This document shows positions 62,780 through 64,000 of a stretch of DNA of 64,000 nt, piece after piece (within the stretch, counting starts at the first letter, position 1; every line of letters begins with the position of its first letter). The notes under the pieces were generated by a model. It saw nothing but the letters and a program-made list of their open reading frames with translations, did not search any database and had not been told where the DNA came from. A program made the position numbers and the translations under genes. Source of the stretch: Marsupella aquatica (Eukaryota > Plantae > Marchantiophyta); NCBI GenBank assembly GCA_973895155.1, contig OZ316894.1:3372944-3436943 (forward strand). Direction: 5' to 3'.

Positions 62780-63129
62780 TTGGACATCCCTTTTTCTCCT
62801 CAAGATCTTTTTTCACCTAGCTTGAGATCTCTTCTTCAACTGGACATCTTTTCTCACCTTGACATCTTATCTTTTTCACATCTTCCCATCTTTTTTTCTC
62901 ACCTTGGCATCTTTATCTCACCACAACATCTTTCCCTCACACTCGACATCTTTTCCTCATCGTTACATCTTCTTCTCACCTCCATTTGTTTTTCTCACCT
63001 CCACTACTTTTTCTTACCTTCAGTGACATCTCATCAACATCATTCTTTTTTAATCTCAACAACTTTTCTTCACCTAGATATCTGTTCTCACCTCAACATC
63101 TTTTGTGCAACGCATAGGCATCGGGCTAG
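62780..63129 (+). mobile_element. Second Helitron 3' segment of the same family
   Basis: The same gacatctt repeats end in tgtgcaacgcataggcatcgggCTAG|T. Confidence 0.65.
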
Positions 63130-64000
63130 TGTAGGATTAAATAGTGGGTTTGGACATAGCTCTTAATAGGTAGAATTTGTTATGTCTACTTTCAGTTGGT
63201 TCGGGCTGCATAGAGTGGTTTTGCATAATTTTAGTTGGTTTGGACAACATCTTAGAAAAACTTCAAGTGCTCAAACTTACTTTTTTGGTGACTGGGGTTT
63301 CTTTCAAAAGGGAGACATGTAAGGAGGATTCAAACTCAGCACCTCCCCACTCAGCTGACCTGCCACTTATGGATAGCATACTTTGTAAACATAGTAGCAG
63401 CTGGAGGGTTTTAGGGGGTCTCAATCATTTCTAGGTAAATGAATGAAGTAAGAAGATATAATTTATTGGAATTCAAAACTTAATTAAATATACCCGTCAC
63501 AAGCAGTTACTTTCTTGCCACTGCTCTTTGTCATTGGGCATGTCAATTGTTGATTTCTCCAAATTTTTACCATTCCCGGGTCTAGCCCTAAGGGTTTCAC
63601 TTTTGCAACATGACACATCACATGTGACAAATCTTTGGGTCATTTTATCCGTTCTAACGGAAGACCTCAAATTTAATCTTTAAGAAGTTTAGAGCACTTA
63701 AAAGCCAATTTTAAGATTATACGAAAAGAAAGGGTTTAAAATACCACTTTTGAGAATATTCTAGAAATATTCCTTTTAATAGGTGTAAAATACTTTCAGA
63801 AAAATGTAAATTTCCAGGGAATTTCCCTTAAGTTTCAGGGTCCATGAGGCCTAAAAACATGGTAGCTAGGTGGTGTGTGGATCTCCATATAAAGAGACCT
63901 CCGAGGTTTTTTTTGGCTTTCTGACAAATGGCCGACCTGTTGTTTATAATGGCAAACATCATGGCTCCTATTTGGAGTTGCAACAAGGAACCAGGAATTT

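Noticed and set aside
61531-63166. Leu/Ser/His-rich ORFs
   Set aside because: They are translations of the pyrimidine-rich Helitron repeat tracts.

Overview
Eukaryotic, land-plant nuclear DNA (spliceosomal introns, LRR receptor kinases, plant Ty1/copia elements; a non-seed plant is plausible but cannot be shown from this window). Host genes: a DExH-box RNA helicase of roughly 35 exons (DHX29/DExH7-like, +, 16802-29068); an intronless gene fusing a methyltransferase-like fold to a riboflavin kinase (-, 30881-32428); and two tandem, frameshifted LRR-XII-like receptor kinases (-, 34299-38430 and 50655-55046). Two LTR retrotransposons have identical LTR pairs and 5-bp TSDs. The first is a decayed Bianca-like element (3892-8571) that lacks protease and integrase and has a PBS matching the anticodon arm of tRNA-Ile. 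The second is an intact Ty1/copia element (39539-45212) whose empty site is visible in the paralogous RLK copy. The most striking observation is in this intact element: an antisense ORF between pol and the 3' LTR encodes a hydrophobic N-terminus, an RNase H1-type hybrid/dsRNA-binding (caulimovirus viroplasmin-like) domain and a His/Cys tail, a candidate retrotransposon accessory or anti-silencing protein. Intergenic DNA holds tandem repeats, a foldback element, solo LTRs, a probable SINE and a non-autonomous Helitron. All assignments come from reading motifs by eye; no searches were run.
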